This document shows, one piece after another, positions 20,144-30,607 of a DNA stretch of 64,000 nucleotides. Each line of letters begins with the position of its first letter. The first letter of the stretch is position 1. The notes under the pieces were generated by a model. That model was not told where the DNA came from and searched no databases. It worked only from the letters and a program-made list of their open reading frames with translations. The stretch lies in assembly GCF_056712565.1 (NCBI RefSeq), contig NZ_CM160072.1; one strand, 5' to 3'. Both the position numbers and the translations under genes were made by a program.

Positions 20144-21661
20144 TTAGCGAATATTCAGCGCTTCAACCATTACACAGCGACGACGGCGTGCAAACGAACG
20201 CGCTGACGTAAGTCCCTCGCCGGTCGGTCCGGCAATCGTAAAGGTGGCATGCCCTTCACCGCCCACCCCCAGCCCTGCATAAGAGGGACCATTTTTAACA
20301 AAGATGGTGGTCTGGATCAGGCGCGCCATTTTGGTCAGCTTTTCGACGTTGGTGGAGTGCATAACCGCGGTATGACGATTGCCGTGCTCCACTTTCACCG
20401 CCAGCTCAATGGCTTCATCAACATTGTCTACGCGCACCACCGGCAGGACCGGCATCATCAGCTCATGCACCACAAACGGATGTGTTTTCTCAGCCTCAAT
20501 TAAGATGACTTTGATATCGTCGCCAACCTGGATTCCCAGTTGTTGCAGGATATAGCGCGCATCTTTGCCGACAAAGGCGGTATTCGGCCCAGTGCCTTTT
20601 TCATTAAGCACCAACGATTGCAGTTGTTGACTTAACTTCTTATCGCACAACAGATAGGCACCGCTTTTCTTCATGCAGTGAATCAGATAGTCCGCTACCT
20701 GGTTCACAACAATCACCTCTTTTTCCGCCACGCACGGCAGGTTGTTGTCGAAGCTACAGCCCTTAATGATGTCGCGGGCTGCTTTTTCGATATCCGCCGT
20801 TTCATCTACCACAGCTGGCGGGTTACCTGCGCCTGCACCAATCGCTTTTTTACCTGATGACATCACGGTTTTCACGATGGCTGGACCGCCAGTCGCTACC
20901 AGCATGTTGATACGTGGGTCGTTGATCAGGACGTTGGTATTGTCGATGGACGGTTTGGTCACCGTTACCACCATGTTCGCCGGTGCGCCCAACTGGGCAA
21001 GCTTGTTGTTGATCAGCTCAACCGCGTACAGCGACACTTTGCGCGAGCGCGGATGTGGACTGAACACCACAGTGTTGCCTGCCGCCAGCATGCCTATGCT
21101 GTTGTTGATAATGGTTTCGGTCGGGTTAGTCGTTGGTGTAATCGAACCAATCACTCCGAACGCAGAGTATTCGATCAACGTTAAACCCCCGTCTCCGGAA
21201 ACCGCGCTGGTGGTCAGATCTTCGATACCTGGCGTTTTCAGCGCTGCGACGCGGTTTTTGATCAGTTTGTCCTCGTAATTCCCCATGCCGGTCTCTTCCA
21301 CCGCCATACGGGAAAGGGCACACAGCACATCTTCCTGCAGGAAGACATCGCGAATGCCATTGATAAACGAGGCGCGGTCTTGCATAGAACAGTGGCGATA
21401 CTGTACCTGTGCCAAGACGGCGGCGGAAATCGCCTCATCCATGGTATCGAATGCTCCAGTGCTAGCATTCGCTACCTTCGCTACCTGAGAGATCGCACTG
21501 GCGTCGCGCACGGAAGAGTGCTGCGCCAACGCCTTAGCGACAATTTCATCCAACCCGTCGACCCGCGCTGCTTCTGACGTGGCGGGAGCTTCATCCGGTG
21601 TTGCTTTGGTGAATTTGCTCAGGATGGTCGAGACAGCCTGAGCGATTTCAATATCATTCAT
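20144..21661 (-). CDS. CoA-acylating aldehyde dehydrogenase (PduP/EutE-like) with N-terminal extension (putative encapsulation peptide)
   Basis: Aldehyde-DH fold with catalytic Cys region (NNLPCVAEKEV) and GxGxxG-like dinucleotide site; ~40 aa N-terminal extension before the catalytic core. Confidence 0.8.
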   Translation of the reverse strand: MNDIEIAQAVSTILSKFTKATPDEAPATSEAARVDGLDEIVAKALAQHSSVRDASAISQVAKVANASTGAFDTMDEAISAAVLAQVQYRHCSMQDRASFINGIRDVFLQEDVLCALSRMAVEETGMGNYEDKLIKNRVAALKTPGIEDLTTSAVSGDGGLTLIEYSAFGVIGSITPTTNPTETIINNSIGMLAAGNTVVFSPHPRSRKVSLYAVELINNKLAQLGAPANMVVTVTKPSIDNTNVLINDPRINMLVATGGPAIVKTVMSSGKKAIGAGAGNPPAVVDETADIEKAARDIIKGCSFDNNLPCVAEKEVIVVNQVADYLIHCMKKSGAYLLCDKKLSQQLQSLVLNEKGTGPNTAFVGKDARYILQQLGIQVGDDIKVILIEAEKTHPFVVHELMMPVLPVVRVDNVDEAIELAVKVEHGNRHTAVMHSTNVEKLTKMARLIQTTIFVKNGPSYAGLGVGGEGHATFTIAGPTGEGLTSARSFARRRRCVMVEALNIR

Positions 21662-21721
21662 CTTTAAATTCCTTACTACTCTTCATCTACCGACCGCGCC
21701 GCGTGCATCGTCATCAGATGC

Positions 21722-22507
21722 TTAGATATATGGCGTCGTGGTGGATTTAATTTCCACCGGATCTAACGTGGAGAGCAGTTGTAGACCGACTTCACGCGCG
21801 GCAATCACCGCCTGACGTACTGCACCGGAATCACCGGAGAAGGTGAAGATCACTTCGTTACTAAAGCTGGTGCCTTGCGACGGGCTGGCATAACCCACCG
21901 GGTCAATCACGGCGGATTTCGCCGCAGCGTCGGCAATCACTAGGCCAATCGCCGCAGGCGAGGCACAGGTCATCCCGAAGGATTTACCAATCGGCGCACC
22001 CAGCGCTTTATTCAGCGCGTAGCTGGCACGAGCGGTGTACTGGAATTCAAGATGTCCGGCTGACGAGCCATAAACGTCACCCATGGTGCGTTCAATTTCA
22101 GACAGCGCCACTTCAACCGCACGCCTGACGTCGGAAACATCAGACGCACCAAAAATAATTAAGCAACCGTGTCCGCCACCTCCTTCGGTATCGCGGGCCA
22201 GCTCAATAGAAATAATTTCGCTGTTGGTTGCTTTAATCGCTTCGTCAGCCGCAAAAATTTGCGGGCCTGCGCCAGTACGTGCGCCAAGAATACCGATAGA
22301 GCGATATTTCTTGTCGATATTCATGACTTCATGCAATTGATTATCAACATTGGCAATCACTAGGCCGATAGTGTGGCCCAACGCAGTGCCGACAAATTCC
22401 GTAATACCGCAACCAGCGAAATTTGCTGCTGTTTTAGCTTCCGGTGAGATATCGGTTTGTTTATTCATTACGTCAGATATAATCTGCTCAACAAGATTAT
22501 CTCTCAT
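21722..22507 (-). CDS. BMC-T tandem-domain shell protein (PduB/EutL-like)
   Basis: 261 aa with two BMC-like repeats, Gly-rich loops (TEGGGGHGCLIIFGAS) reminiscent of PduB. Confidence 0.75.
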   Translation of the reverse strand: MRDNLVEQIISDVMNKQTDISPEAKTAANFAGCGITEFVGTALGHTIGLVIANVDNQLHEVMNIDKKYRSIGILGARTGAGPQIFAADEAIKATNSEIISIELARDTEGGGGHGCLIIFGASDVSDVRRAVEVALSEIERTMGDVYGSSAGHLEFQYTARASYALNKALGAPIGKSFGMTCASPAAIGLVIADAAAKSAVIDPVGYASPSQGTSFSNEVIFTFSGDSGAVRQAVIAAREVGLQLLSTLDPVEIKSTTTPYI

Positions 22508-22528
22508 GATCAGTATCCTTTATTGTTA

Positions 22529-22810
22529 TTAACCGATAGCCTTCGGTAGAATTTTTTCCACCTCAATGTGTGGGCGTGGAATAACATGTACGGAGACCAG
22601 TTCTCCCACTTTACTCGCAGCAGCGGAGCCCGCATCTGTCGCGGCTTTCACTGCGCCAACGTCGCCGCGAACCATCACAGTCACCAAGCCGGAGCCGATT
22701 TTTTCATAACCCACTAGGGTCACGTTGGCAGATTTCACCATGGTATCTGCAGCTTCAATTGCAGAAACCAGACCTTTCGTTTCAACCATTCCTAATGCTT
22801 CTTGTTGCAT
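22529..22810 (-). CDS. BMC-H shell protein (PduA/EutM-like), ~93 aa
   Basis: [57 protein letters not shown] is the canonical BMC hexamer sequence; ORF-track start at 22861 is an upstream extension. Confidence 0.85.
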   Translation of the reverse strand: MQQEALGMVETKGLVSAIEAADTMVKSANVTLVGYEKIGSGLVTVMVRGDVGAVKAATDAGSAAASKVGELVSVHVIPRPHIEVEKILPKAIG

Positions 22811-23094
22811 AACGACCTCAATATTTCCGATAGAAAGAAAACGTGCACAGAGGAATAGCAATCTACGGATTCACCCATGTGCATTAATTATTTAATTATC
22901 ATAATGCTAAGGTTATTCAGACAAAATGTTTTGCGCGTCAGTGGGACTATCTTGCTTTTGCATTCCCGCAATTGACAATAAAATCCACCCGAGGTTTGTA
23001 ATAAAAGATCTGCGTTTAAATTTCCTTGCAAAATAGCCCCGCTCTGAATAGCAATCATAATTACTGTTAAAACTGTCGTATTTTTGCCAATTAG

Positions 23095-24291
23095 TTATGC
23101 CGTGCGGGCAATCTCCGCTGCATCTATAGCAATCATTTTTTCTTCATTGGTTGGGATGACCGCAATCTTCGTGGTGTCGGTTTTAGAAATCAGTCCGCTA
23201 CGTCCGCCGAACAGCTGCTGGTTACGTTCTTTATCCAGTTCCAATCCCAGCGCCTGAAGGCGTTGCACGGTAAGTTCTCGAATTAACGCCGAGTTTTCGC
23301 CAATTCCACCGGTGAAAATCAGCGCATCGAAGCGTTTAAGCGAGGTCACGTGGCCGCCGATATGTCGTGCGAGACGATGTACTAACACGTCGATGGCTAA
23401 CGCTGCCCGTTCGTGGCCCTCATCACGCGCCTGCTGAAGGGTGCGGCAATCGCTGGATAAGCCGGAAATCCCCATTAGGCCGGACTGGTTATTGAGCATT
23501 TTGTACAGCGTGTCGAACGTTTGACCTGTGCGTTTCGCCAGATATGCGACGACACCAAAATCAAGATCCCCGCAGCGCGTGCCCATTACCAGCCCTTCCA
23601 GCGGGGTCATACCCATTGAGGTGTCAATGCTCGTGCCGTTTTGCACCGCACATAGCGATGAACCGTTGCCCAAGTGGGCAATCACGATGCCATGATCCGC
23701 CGGGTCGAGATCTAGTGATGCAAGCGCCTCGGCGGCAATATAGCGGTGAGATGTTCCGTGAAAGCCGTAACGTCGCACCATATAATCTTGCTGGAACTCC
23801 AGCGGGATCGCATAGGTGTAAGCAGCCGGAGACAAGGTCTGGTGGAACGCAGTATCGAACACCGCAATATGCGGCAACGCGGGCAACAGAGCCCGAGCCG
23901 CTTCAATACCAATCAGGTTGGCAGGGTTATGCAAAGGGGCCAGCACCGACAGCGCGCGGACTTTTTCGATCACATCATCGGTAACCAGTACTGATCTTTT
24001 GAAGTCGCTGCCGCCATGAGCCACGCGGTGCCCAACGGCGTTGATGGCTTCCAACAGTTGCTGTTCGTCGAGCTTCGCGAAGAGCACTTTGAGCGCATGC
24101 TGATGGCTGGCGTCATCCAGCGCGACAGTGGATTTATGGCCGTCTCGGTCTTTAAACGTTATGACAGCATGATCAATACCCAGTCGTTCCGCTAGGCCCG
24201 ACAGCAACGGCTGATCTGCATCCTGAGGAATGACGGAGAATTTCATTGATGAGGAACCACAATTAATCACTAATACACAAGCTAAAGACAT
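23095..24291 (-). CDS. Acetate/propionate kinase (AckA/PduW/TdcD family)
   Basis: LVINCGSSSMKF N-terminus and downstream ASKHGxT-family blocks (GFHGTSHRY, HLGNGSS); ORF-track start at 24402 overlaps the upstream gene, true ATG at 24289-24291. Confidence 0.85.
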   Translation of the reverse strand: MSLACVLVINCGSSSMKFSVIPQDADQPLLSGLAERLGIDHAVITFKDRDGHKSTVALDDASHQHALKVLFAKLDEQQLLEAINAVGHRVAHGGSDFKRSVLVTDDVIEKVRALSVLAPLHNPANLIGIEAARALLPALPHIAVFDTAFHQTLSPAAYTYAIPLEFQQDYMVRRYGFHGTSHRYIAAEALASLDLDPADHGIVIAHLGNGSSLCAVQNGTSIDTSMGMTPLEGLVMGTRCGDLDFGVVAYLAKRTGQTFDTLYKMLNNQSGLMGISGLSSDCRTLQQARDEGHERAALAIDVLVHRLARHIGGHVTSLKRFDALIFTGGIGENSALIRELTVQRLQALGLELDKERNQQLFGGRSGLISKTDTTKIAVIPTNEEKMIAIDAAEIARTA

Positions 24292-24319
24292 GATGCCCCC
24301 TGAAATGGACTGCAAAAAA

Positions 24320-24817
24320 TTAACGGGTTGTTGTGAGGGGATAACGCAGAACGCTAAACTGCGCCATCGCCTGGCGGGCGATGAGCATATCTTCCTCAAC
24401 ACTGCCGCCGCTGATGCCGATGCCGCCTAGTAAGCGCCTGCCCGACCAGCAGGGAAAACCACCGCCGAAGCAGCAGATATCTTTTTCTTTCTCAAGGCCG
24501 TACAAATCACCACCCGGCTGTACCAGCGTTGCCAGTTCGTGAGTTGGCATTTTGAGAGCTACCGCGGTCCAGGCCTTTTGTGGTGCCAAGGTATGGCTGA
24601 CCAGCAGGGCGTTATCCATGCTGAAGAAAAAACGCTGCTGACCGCAGGCATCCACTAGGCTAAAAACGATCGATACATTGCTGGACTGTGCTATTTCCCG
24701 GACCAACTTTGCCAGCAGTTCACTGTCCTCCAGGCTCAGCGACATCCGGAGTTCCGGTAACTGCGTGGCAATAGCCTCGTTAATCCAGTTGTCGAGTGAA
24801 GCCTCATTCGCAGACAT
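24320..24817 (-). CDS. GlcG/DUF336 (PduO C-terminal-like, haem-binding family) protein
   Basis: 165 aa with the Gly-rich C-terminal block (GGGFP...GGIGISGGSVEEDMLIA) typical of DUF336/GlcG. Confidence 0.6.
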   Translation of the reverse strand: MSANEASLDNWINEAIATQLPELRMSLSLEDSELLAKLVREIAQSSNVSIVFSLVDACGQQRFFFSMDNALLVSHTLAPQKAWTAVALKMPTHELATLVQPGGDLYGLEKEKDICCFGGGFPCWSGRRLLGGIGISGGSVEEDMLIARQAMAQFSVLRYPLTTTR

Positions 24818-24844
24818 AAGTATTCCTCAGCGTACGCGCCGCTA

Positions 24845-25114
24845 TTAACCGTTAAGTTCGAGCGAGTCGACGATACCCACCACGGCAGCGTCAATCACCG
24901 AGTGATCTTTGTTGTTGCTCATACGCGCCGAACTGCCGGTGGTGATGATCACAATCTCTCCATTGCCCGCGCCGACAGTATCAACTGCCACCTGGGCATG
25001 AACAGTCGGCTGATAGTTTTCATCGAGCCGCGCCACTATCAGCAGTTTTGAGCCATTCAGCGAGGCGTGTTTGGTGGTGGAAACCAATGCGCCAGTAACT
25101 TTAGCGAGGTACAT
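24845..25114 (-). CDS. BMC-P vertex (pentamer) protein, EutN/PduN/CcmL family
   Basis: 89 aa; MYLAKVTGALVSTTKH...GSKLLIV...VAVDTVGAGNGEIV matches the EutN/CcmL fold. Confidence 0.8.
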   Translation of the reverse strand: MYLAKVTGALVSTTKHASLNGSKLLIVARLDENYQPTVHAQVAVDTVGAGNGEIVIITTGSSARMSNNKDHSVIDAAVVGIVDSLELNG

Positions 25115-25125
25115 ATTTCCTCCGG

Positions 25126-25830
25126 TTAACCATGGATAACAGTGAGATTACGCCGCTGGATTTCATCTCTGGCAGCAGGGGTAATCAGCGTGTCGCTCTC
25201 AATGCGCAGCACTGTGCCAATGGTCAGTAGGCGGATATCGCTCTGGGTGATTAAACGTTTTTTACCGGCTACTGTCAGGGTGGATTGGCTTCCTTGCACC
25301 GACTTGACATGGGCTGCACGTTTACCGAAAAGCGTAATGCCATAGCTCTCTAGGACCTGAGCGTAACCTTCCAGACAAGACAGCAGTGGCATCGGTAATT
25401 CGCTATCGACGCATTGTTGATGCAGCGTGGCGATAATCTGTTTACGGTGCTGTAACGTCTGAAATACAGTTTCACAGGCCAGATTATCGCGAATGCCCAG
25501 CGCAATTTTGCTCATGCTGTTGACAGAGAGCGCAGGCAGATAGAGCACCTCATAGTGAGGCGGCGATCTGTCAAATCCAGCACGAGAACCACGCTGAATT
25601 AGCGCATCCATGCAGACAGATTTCAGCGCCGACTGGCTGGCGCTGTGAGAAAAATTTACCCACAACTGATAACCCGCCAGCTCAAGCGCCTCAAGGCAGT
25701 TCAGCGTTTCCGGCAGCGAGGAGATATCCTCACCAGTCACCACTACGCAGACATTTTTCTGCGCGACGGATTGTGCCAACACTTCAGCGATGACCCGGTC
25801 CAGCAGTTGCGATAAGGTTTGATTGTCCAT
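25126..25830 (-). CDS. Microcompartment-associated protein of unknown function (possibly PduM-like or other accessory protein)
   Basis: ORF embedded between shell and EutJ-like genes with overlapping stop/start; no confident motif. Confidence 0.4.
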   Translation of the reverse strand: MDNQTLSQLLDRVIAEVLAQSVAQKNVCVVVTGEDISSLPETLNCLEALELAGYQLWVNFSHSASQSALKSVCMDALIQRGSRAGFDRSPPHYEVLYLPALSVNSMSKIALGIRDNLACETVFQTLQHRKQIIATLHQQCVDSELPMPLLSCLEGYAQVLESYGITLFGKRAAHVKSVQGSQSTLTVAGKKRLITQSDIRLLTIGTVLRIESDTLITPAARDEIQRRNLTVIHG

Positions 25831-25834
25831 TGAT

Positions 25835-26593
25835 TTACCCCTGGTCCGCATTCATGGCGATGCCTAATGGTGTGACCAATAGTGGCTCTGCCGAAGGAAT
25901 CACATTTTTACCGGTTTGTTTACTGAACACGTTGGCAAACTGGCTGAAGCTGCTCGCGCCACCTACCAAATAAATATTTTTTACCTGCTGGGTAGCGAAC
26001 CATCCCGACACCAAGCTGGCCATTTTCTGGGCCACCGGTAGCACCAGGGTAAAGACCTGCGCTTCCTGCCCGTTTTTTTTCATTTCTTCCGCCTCGGCAT
26101 AAGGCAAGCCCAGCGCGCCAGCGATCACCAACTTCATATGGCTTCCACCGGTGGGCTCATCGGCACTGAACGTCACTTTACCGCTTTTCAAAATGCTCAT
26201 GCCGGTGGTGCCTCCTCCGACATCCACCACCGCCCCGTTTTTAATATTCAGCGCGCTGGCAGCGGCTACCGGTTCATCTAGTACTTGGGTCACGATAAAA
26301 CCCGCCAACTCCACTACGTTGACGATCACTTTTGTGTTGCCTTCAGAGATCCCCGGTGGGACTGCGATCGCCGCGCGCTCCAGCGTGCAGCCCTGTTTCT
26401 GTTCAAGAATTTGTTTGAGACGTGCTACTACCCGGCTGGCGGTCAGGTAATCCACCACCACGCCGTCTTTCACCACATTGGAGGGATACATTACCCCTGC
26501 CACCGGCTGGTTATCTTCATCCAGCACCACGATTGCGATATTGGCGGTACCGAGATCCCCCCCACCTTCAACGCGCCGGAGTAGGGCCGACAT
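25835..26593 (-). CDS. EutJ-like actin-fold ATPase/chaperone
   Basis: GGDLGTANIAIVVLD... and VVDVGGGTTGMSI... match the phosphate-1/phosphate-2 motifs of the Hsp70/actin fold as in EutJ. Confidence 0.7.
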   Translation of the reverse strand: MSALLRRVEGGGDLGTANIAIVVLDEDNQPVAGVMYPSNVVKDGVVVDYLTASRVVARLKQILEQKQGCTLERAAIAVPPGISEGNTKVIVNVVELAGFIVTQVLDEPVAAASALNIKNGAVVDVGGGTTGMSILKSGKVTFSADEPTGGSHMKLVIAGALGLPYAEAEEMKKNGQEAQVFTLVLPVAQKMASLVSGWFATQQVKNIYLVGGASSFSQFANVFSKQTGKNVIPSAEPLLVTPLGIAMNADQG

Positions 26594-26647
26594 TCGCCGC
26601 TGTCAATCAGCGCGGCCAATTCGTGAAATCGGCAGTTTTCGGGGCTG

Positions 26648-27334
26648 TTAGCCATGGCGCGCAGCCTGTTTTATGCCGCGAACGGTATCGCCATTACGCA
26701 GACCGACGCCGTTAGCTTCTTCCATATCAATATGCAGTTCCAGCACTGCATCCGCCGTGACGCGTACCACTACATGGCTGAGCACACCACCGCGCGGACC
26801 GTTTGTTTGCACATCGATTTCCATTCCGTCATGCAGGCCGTGCAGTTCGGCTTCTTCGGGCGAGATATGGATATGGCGCCAGGCGACAATCATGCCGTTG
26901 TGTTTCACCACCCGCCCTTTCGGACCGATGATTTCAATGCCCGGCGAATCCAGCAGATCCCCCGACATGCGCACCGGAGCTTTAGTGCCCAGCGCAAAGC
27001 CGTCGGCCACAGAGATTTCCACCTGCGTGGCATTACGCAGTGGCCCTAACACGCGCACTTTGTTGAGCTCGCCTTTTGGCCCGCGCAGCGTCACCATCTC
27101 TTCGGCGGCATACTGACCGGGCTGTTTCAACGCTTTAGAACGGGTTAGCGTAGAGCCGTAGCCAAACAGAATGTCCATATCTTCACGGCACAGATGAACA
27201 TGGCGGTTGGACACGCCCACCGGAATATTCAGCGCGACAGGCGCGGCAGCAGGCGCTGCCGTTTTTTTACTGGTGGCAAGTTCCTGCAAAATTTGTTGGG
27301 TAATCCACTCGGCTTGTTGTTCGGTGTAATTCAT
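26648..27334 (-). CDS. pduL: Phosphate acyltransferase PduL (phosphotransacylase)
   Basis: Duplicated PduL/EutD-type motifs (GVSNRHVHL and AWRHIHISPEEA; GPKG/GPRGGV). Confidence 0.8.
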   Translation of the reverse strand: MNYTEQQAEWITQQILQELATSKKTAAPAAAPVALNIPVGVSNRHVHLCREDMDILFGYGSTLTRSKALKQPGQYAAEEMVTLRGPKGELNKVRVLGPLRNATQVEISVADGFALGTKAPVRMSGDLLDSPGIEIIGPKGRVVKHNGMIVAWRHIHISPEEAELHGLHDGMEIDVQTNGPRGGVLSHVVVRVTADAVLELHIDMEEANGVGLRNGDTVRGIKQAARHG

Positions 27335-27473
27335 AATGGGTACGACCTGATTATTGGGTTATCTTATGGGTAATGGGCGTCTAACGATCAGGATAGGGAG
27401 TAACGACGCCCGGTTTTTGTTTATCAGCAGGACTTTTTTGACTGCTTCACGGAGGCTGAACAAAGTTATCCAG

Positions 27474-28592
27474 CTAGCCGGTAATCAGGTCGATCAACCC
27501 TTCGACATCATGCGTCGTCACCTGCCGCGGGTTCGACGCGGTACAACCGTCGGCCAGCGTCGAATTCACCAGTGCGCTGCGCAACTCGATGATTTTTGCA
27601 CGGTCGATGCCCAGTTCGCTGAGAGTGACGGGGATGCAGAAATGGCGATTGATCTGGCGGATCTCCTGAGTCATCAGCGCGATGGCCTGCTCCGGTACCG
27701 CATGGTCAATGCCTATGATTTGCGCGCAACGGTGATAGCGATCGCGGGTTTCAGTGCTGGCCCGTTTGCTGTTGAAGTCGATGACAATCGGCAGCAGCAT
27801 GGCGTTAATTTTGCCATGAGGAATATGCAGCATCCCGCCGATGGCGTGTGCCATGCCGTGTACCAACCCCAGCCCGGCGGAGTTAAATGCCATGCCTGCC
27901 ATACAGGAGGCATTGTGCATGTGGGTGCGCGCCGCAATGTCTTTTTCGTCGTTAAACACCTGCGGCAGATAGCGCCAGGTCAACGCGATGGCTTTTTCCG
28001 CCAGCGCATCGCTAAAGTCATTTGAGCCAGTAGAGACAAAGGCTTCAATGGCATGGGTCAGCACGTCCATGCCGGTATCTACCGCGACATGACGCGGCGC
28101 GGTTAACACTAGGTTAGGATCGAGAATGGCGATTTCCGGCACCAGTTGCCCGGAGATCAACGGATATTTGCGGCCATTTTGCGGATCAGAGATGATCGCG
28201 TAGGACGTCACTTCAGAGCCGGATCCGCTGGTTGTGGGAATAGCAATGAGATCGATTTGATGATCTCCAAAATACTCTTCCAATGTGACTTTAATTCCTT
28301 TCGCAGCGTCCAGCGACGAGCCGCCGCCGAGGGCGATAATAACGTCGGGCTTAAAGGCTTTAAAACGCGCCGCGCCGGAAGTCAGAATATCAATATCTGG
28401 ATCCGGAGTAACCTCACCGAAAATGCATACCGATGCCTCAGGCATATGGCTTATTAAATAACGAGTTTTACCTGATGACATCATAAAATCATCGGTGACA
28501 ATACCGACTCGTTTATTATTAAATTGGCATAGAGAGGTTATTGCCTCTTCACCAAAATAAATTTTGGGGCACGAAAAATAATAGCGGGCCAT
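27474..28592 (-). CDS. Iron-containing alcohol dehydrogenase (PduQ/EutG-like), first gene of the operon
   Basis: Fe-ADH signatures GGGSSLDAAK and the metal-site His-rich region (HGMAHAIGGMLHIPHG). Confidence 0.85.
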   Translation of the reverse strand: MARYYFSCPKIYFGEEAITSLCQFNNKRVGIVTDDFMMSSGKTRYLISHMPEASVCIFGEVTPDPDIDILTSGAARFKAFKPDVIIALGGGSSLDAAKGIKVTLEEYFGDHQIDLIAIPTTSGSGSEVTSYAIISDPQNGRKYPLISGQLVPEIAILDPNLVLTAPRHVAVDTGMDVLTHAIEAFVSTGSNDFSDALAEKAIALTWRYLPQVFNDEKDIAARTHMHNASCMAGMAFNSAGLGLVHGMAHAIGGMLHIPHGKINAMLLPIVIDFNSKRASTETRDRYHRCAQIIGIDHAVPEQAIALMTQEIRQINRHFCIPVTLSELGIDRAKIIELRSALVNSTLADGCTASNPRQVTTHDVEGLIDLITG

Positions 28593-29040
28593 GTGTAACT
28601 ACCTTAATCATGGTAAACGACCAAATTTGATGTCGTTAACCTAACATGGCGATTTTTTTAATGGACTGAGGATGTTTGTGCAGGTGAAGGATTATTTTGC
28701 GGTATTGTTTTGCCTTGAGCAAAAAAGTCCTTTTCTAGGAAATACCTAAAATCTGATACAGTCAAACTCAATATTTATTGTCAGAGAATGAATAAAAGCG
28801 GGGTGTTTTTTTGCCACTGCACTGCTTCAGGAATGTATTCACCCCTCATAAAGGCTTCAATGACTCTCCGCCATGGCAAACATGCCATAGGGGGAGATTT
28901 TCAGATAATGATAATAATGTTCGCCCACATCCGATTGTAAATGGATCAGAAAAATGGCCGCGTATTGCCCTGCTGAATGTGGATTACGTCACCTGTTTTG
29001 AATTGCCTTTCTGCTTACCCGGACACCACAACTGATTGCT

Positions 29041-29442
29041 GTGCTGCGTGAAGAATGGGACATCAGCCAGAAAAATGTGGTGTTCAACGATAAACGCTTT
29101 GGCTGCGTGTACAGCCTGAAGGCCAGTCTTTCCAGTGTGCCGGATACATACCGGTATCATCTGTCTCACCGTATTCGTCGCGTGGTTGGGAATGAAAACA
29201 CATCATTGCCATATCAGCAGGTTGCCCGGGAAGTGAAAGCGCCCCGTGAACGGCTGAAGTATGCGCTGGAGGCGGGGTTACTGGTGACCGCACTGGACGG
29301 CCTGTTCTGGTCTGGCAGTCAGCGTATTGCGGCTGATGTCCTGAGACTAAGACAGAGCGGAATGCCGGTGGTGACAACGACCGTGGAGGTGCACGATAAC
29401 CTGACGGGAACAACCCGCAAAATACCGGCATACCATCTCTGA
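29041..29442 (+). CDS. Hypothetical protein; possibly the 3' part of a frameshifted gene beginning in ORF 28811..29035
   Basis: ORF only; no motif recognised. Confidence 0.25.
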   Translation: MLREEWDISQKNVVFNDKRFGCVYSLKASLSSVPDTYRYHLSHRIRRVVGNENTSLPYQQVAREVKAPRERLKYALEAGLLVTALDGLFWSGSQRIAADVLRLRQSGMPVVTTTVEVHDNLTGTTRKIPAYHL

Positions 29443-29537
29443 TACAACCATCAGGGGGAATATTGCTCTGGCAGCAGCAGTACGACATTCTTTATACTTT
29501 ATCCCCGTGCCTGAAAACATGTGCTAAGGAAACGGGA

Positions 29538-29771
29538 ATGGCAAGGTCCGATTACGATATTATCAATCTGTCTCTGGAACATGAACTGAATGAGTGGCTG
29601 GCAGAGAGAGGTTATGCCGGACTGGCGTATAACCGGAACCGGGTGGTAGAGGTGGTTACCCGCAAATTGCAGGACAGCTTTTATATCAACGTTTCCTGGG
29701 ATGCGCTGAACACGGCATACAATGAACACCCGGAGTGGTTTTCAGGGTTTGTCTCCGGGGATGAGAATTAA
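29538..29771 (+). CDS. Small hypothetical protein
   Basis: ORF only. Confidence 0.2.
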   Translation: MARSDYDIINLSLEHELNEWLAERGYAGLAYNRNRVVEVVTRKLQDSFYINVSWDALNTAYNEHPEWFSGFVSGDEN

Positions 29772-30607
29772 TAAGTGGATTATGCTGCCATCAGGCAGTG
29801 TGATTGCCGGCAGGGATTTCGTTTTATTCTGTTTCTTCCCGGGGGTCGGGTTTGAATTTTCCCAGAAAGTTGTACATCGGTCGCATACAGGGATGCGGAT
29901 AACCCTCCCGCATAAAAACCACTCGGGTTTCTTCGACGCTGGTTACGGTGGCCAGTGCTCCATGATCGTCTTTGTATCGCTGATTGACTTTCGGTAATGG
30001 AACATCTTCTGACATAAATTTTAGTACGGTAACAGTTAACTAAATTTTCATGTGGTAGCACTGAATCAGGAGACTGCGTTTCCTGATGTGCGCTGTTAAT
30101 TTTCTGTTTTTACGAAACATTTTCCCCTTCTTCCTGTGTATTTTATTGCGCTCCTCTTTTCATGTCCTTCCCATATCCTGAAACTCACTTAAATGCTGTT
30201 GAATCGTCACGCATTGCAATTTTCAATGACTGAAATCAAAAATTGCTATTTTTTAAGCTAACCAACTGTATTAAAAGCATTCAGTGGAATAATTTTCTGC
30301 ACTTTTCCATTAATTATGGTTATAAATTTTGTAATGTGCTGTTTTTGCGATATTAGTCAGAATAAAGAACTGTTCATTTGTATTATATTGATCGATAAAT
30401 CTGCCATATTGCTGTAGTTCAGATCATTATTCTATAATGATCAAAATTAAGTCAGCTAAAAATTGGCAGATTTATTACTCAGCATTCTGGTACCGGTTGA
30501 TGTGGGTAAATACCGGAAAGGCGGTAGCGTGCCATTGCAAAAAATGGTGGGAGGTATCGTCAGGAGGCTGGTAATTGTTGGTATGGCATGAATAAAAGGT
30601 TTTTCGT

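Noticed and set aside
23544-23984. Plus-strand ORFs within the microcompartment locus (also 20742..21278, 26654..27116, 27354..28025, 17234..17620)
   Set aside because: All lie antisense to strongly supported minus-strand enzyme genes and have Arg/Pro/Ser-rich composition typical of spurious ORFs in GC-rich antisense frames.
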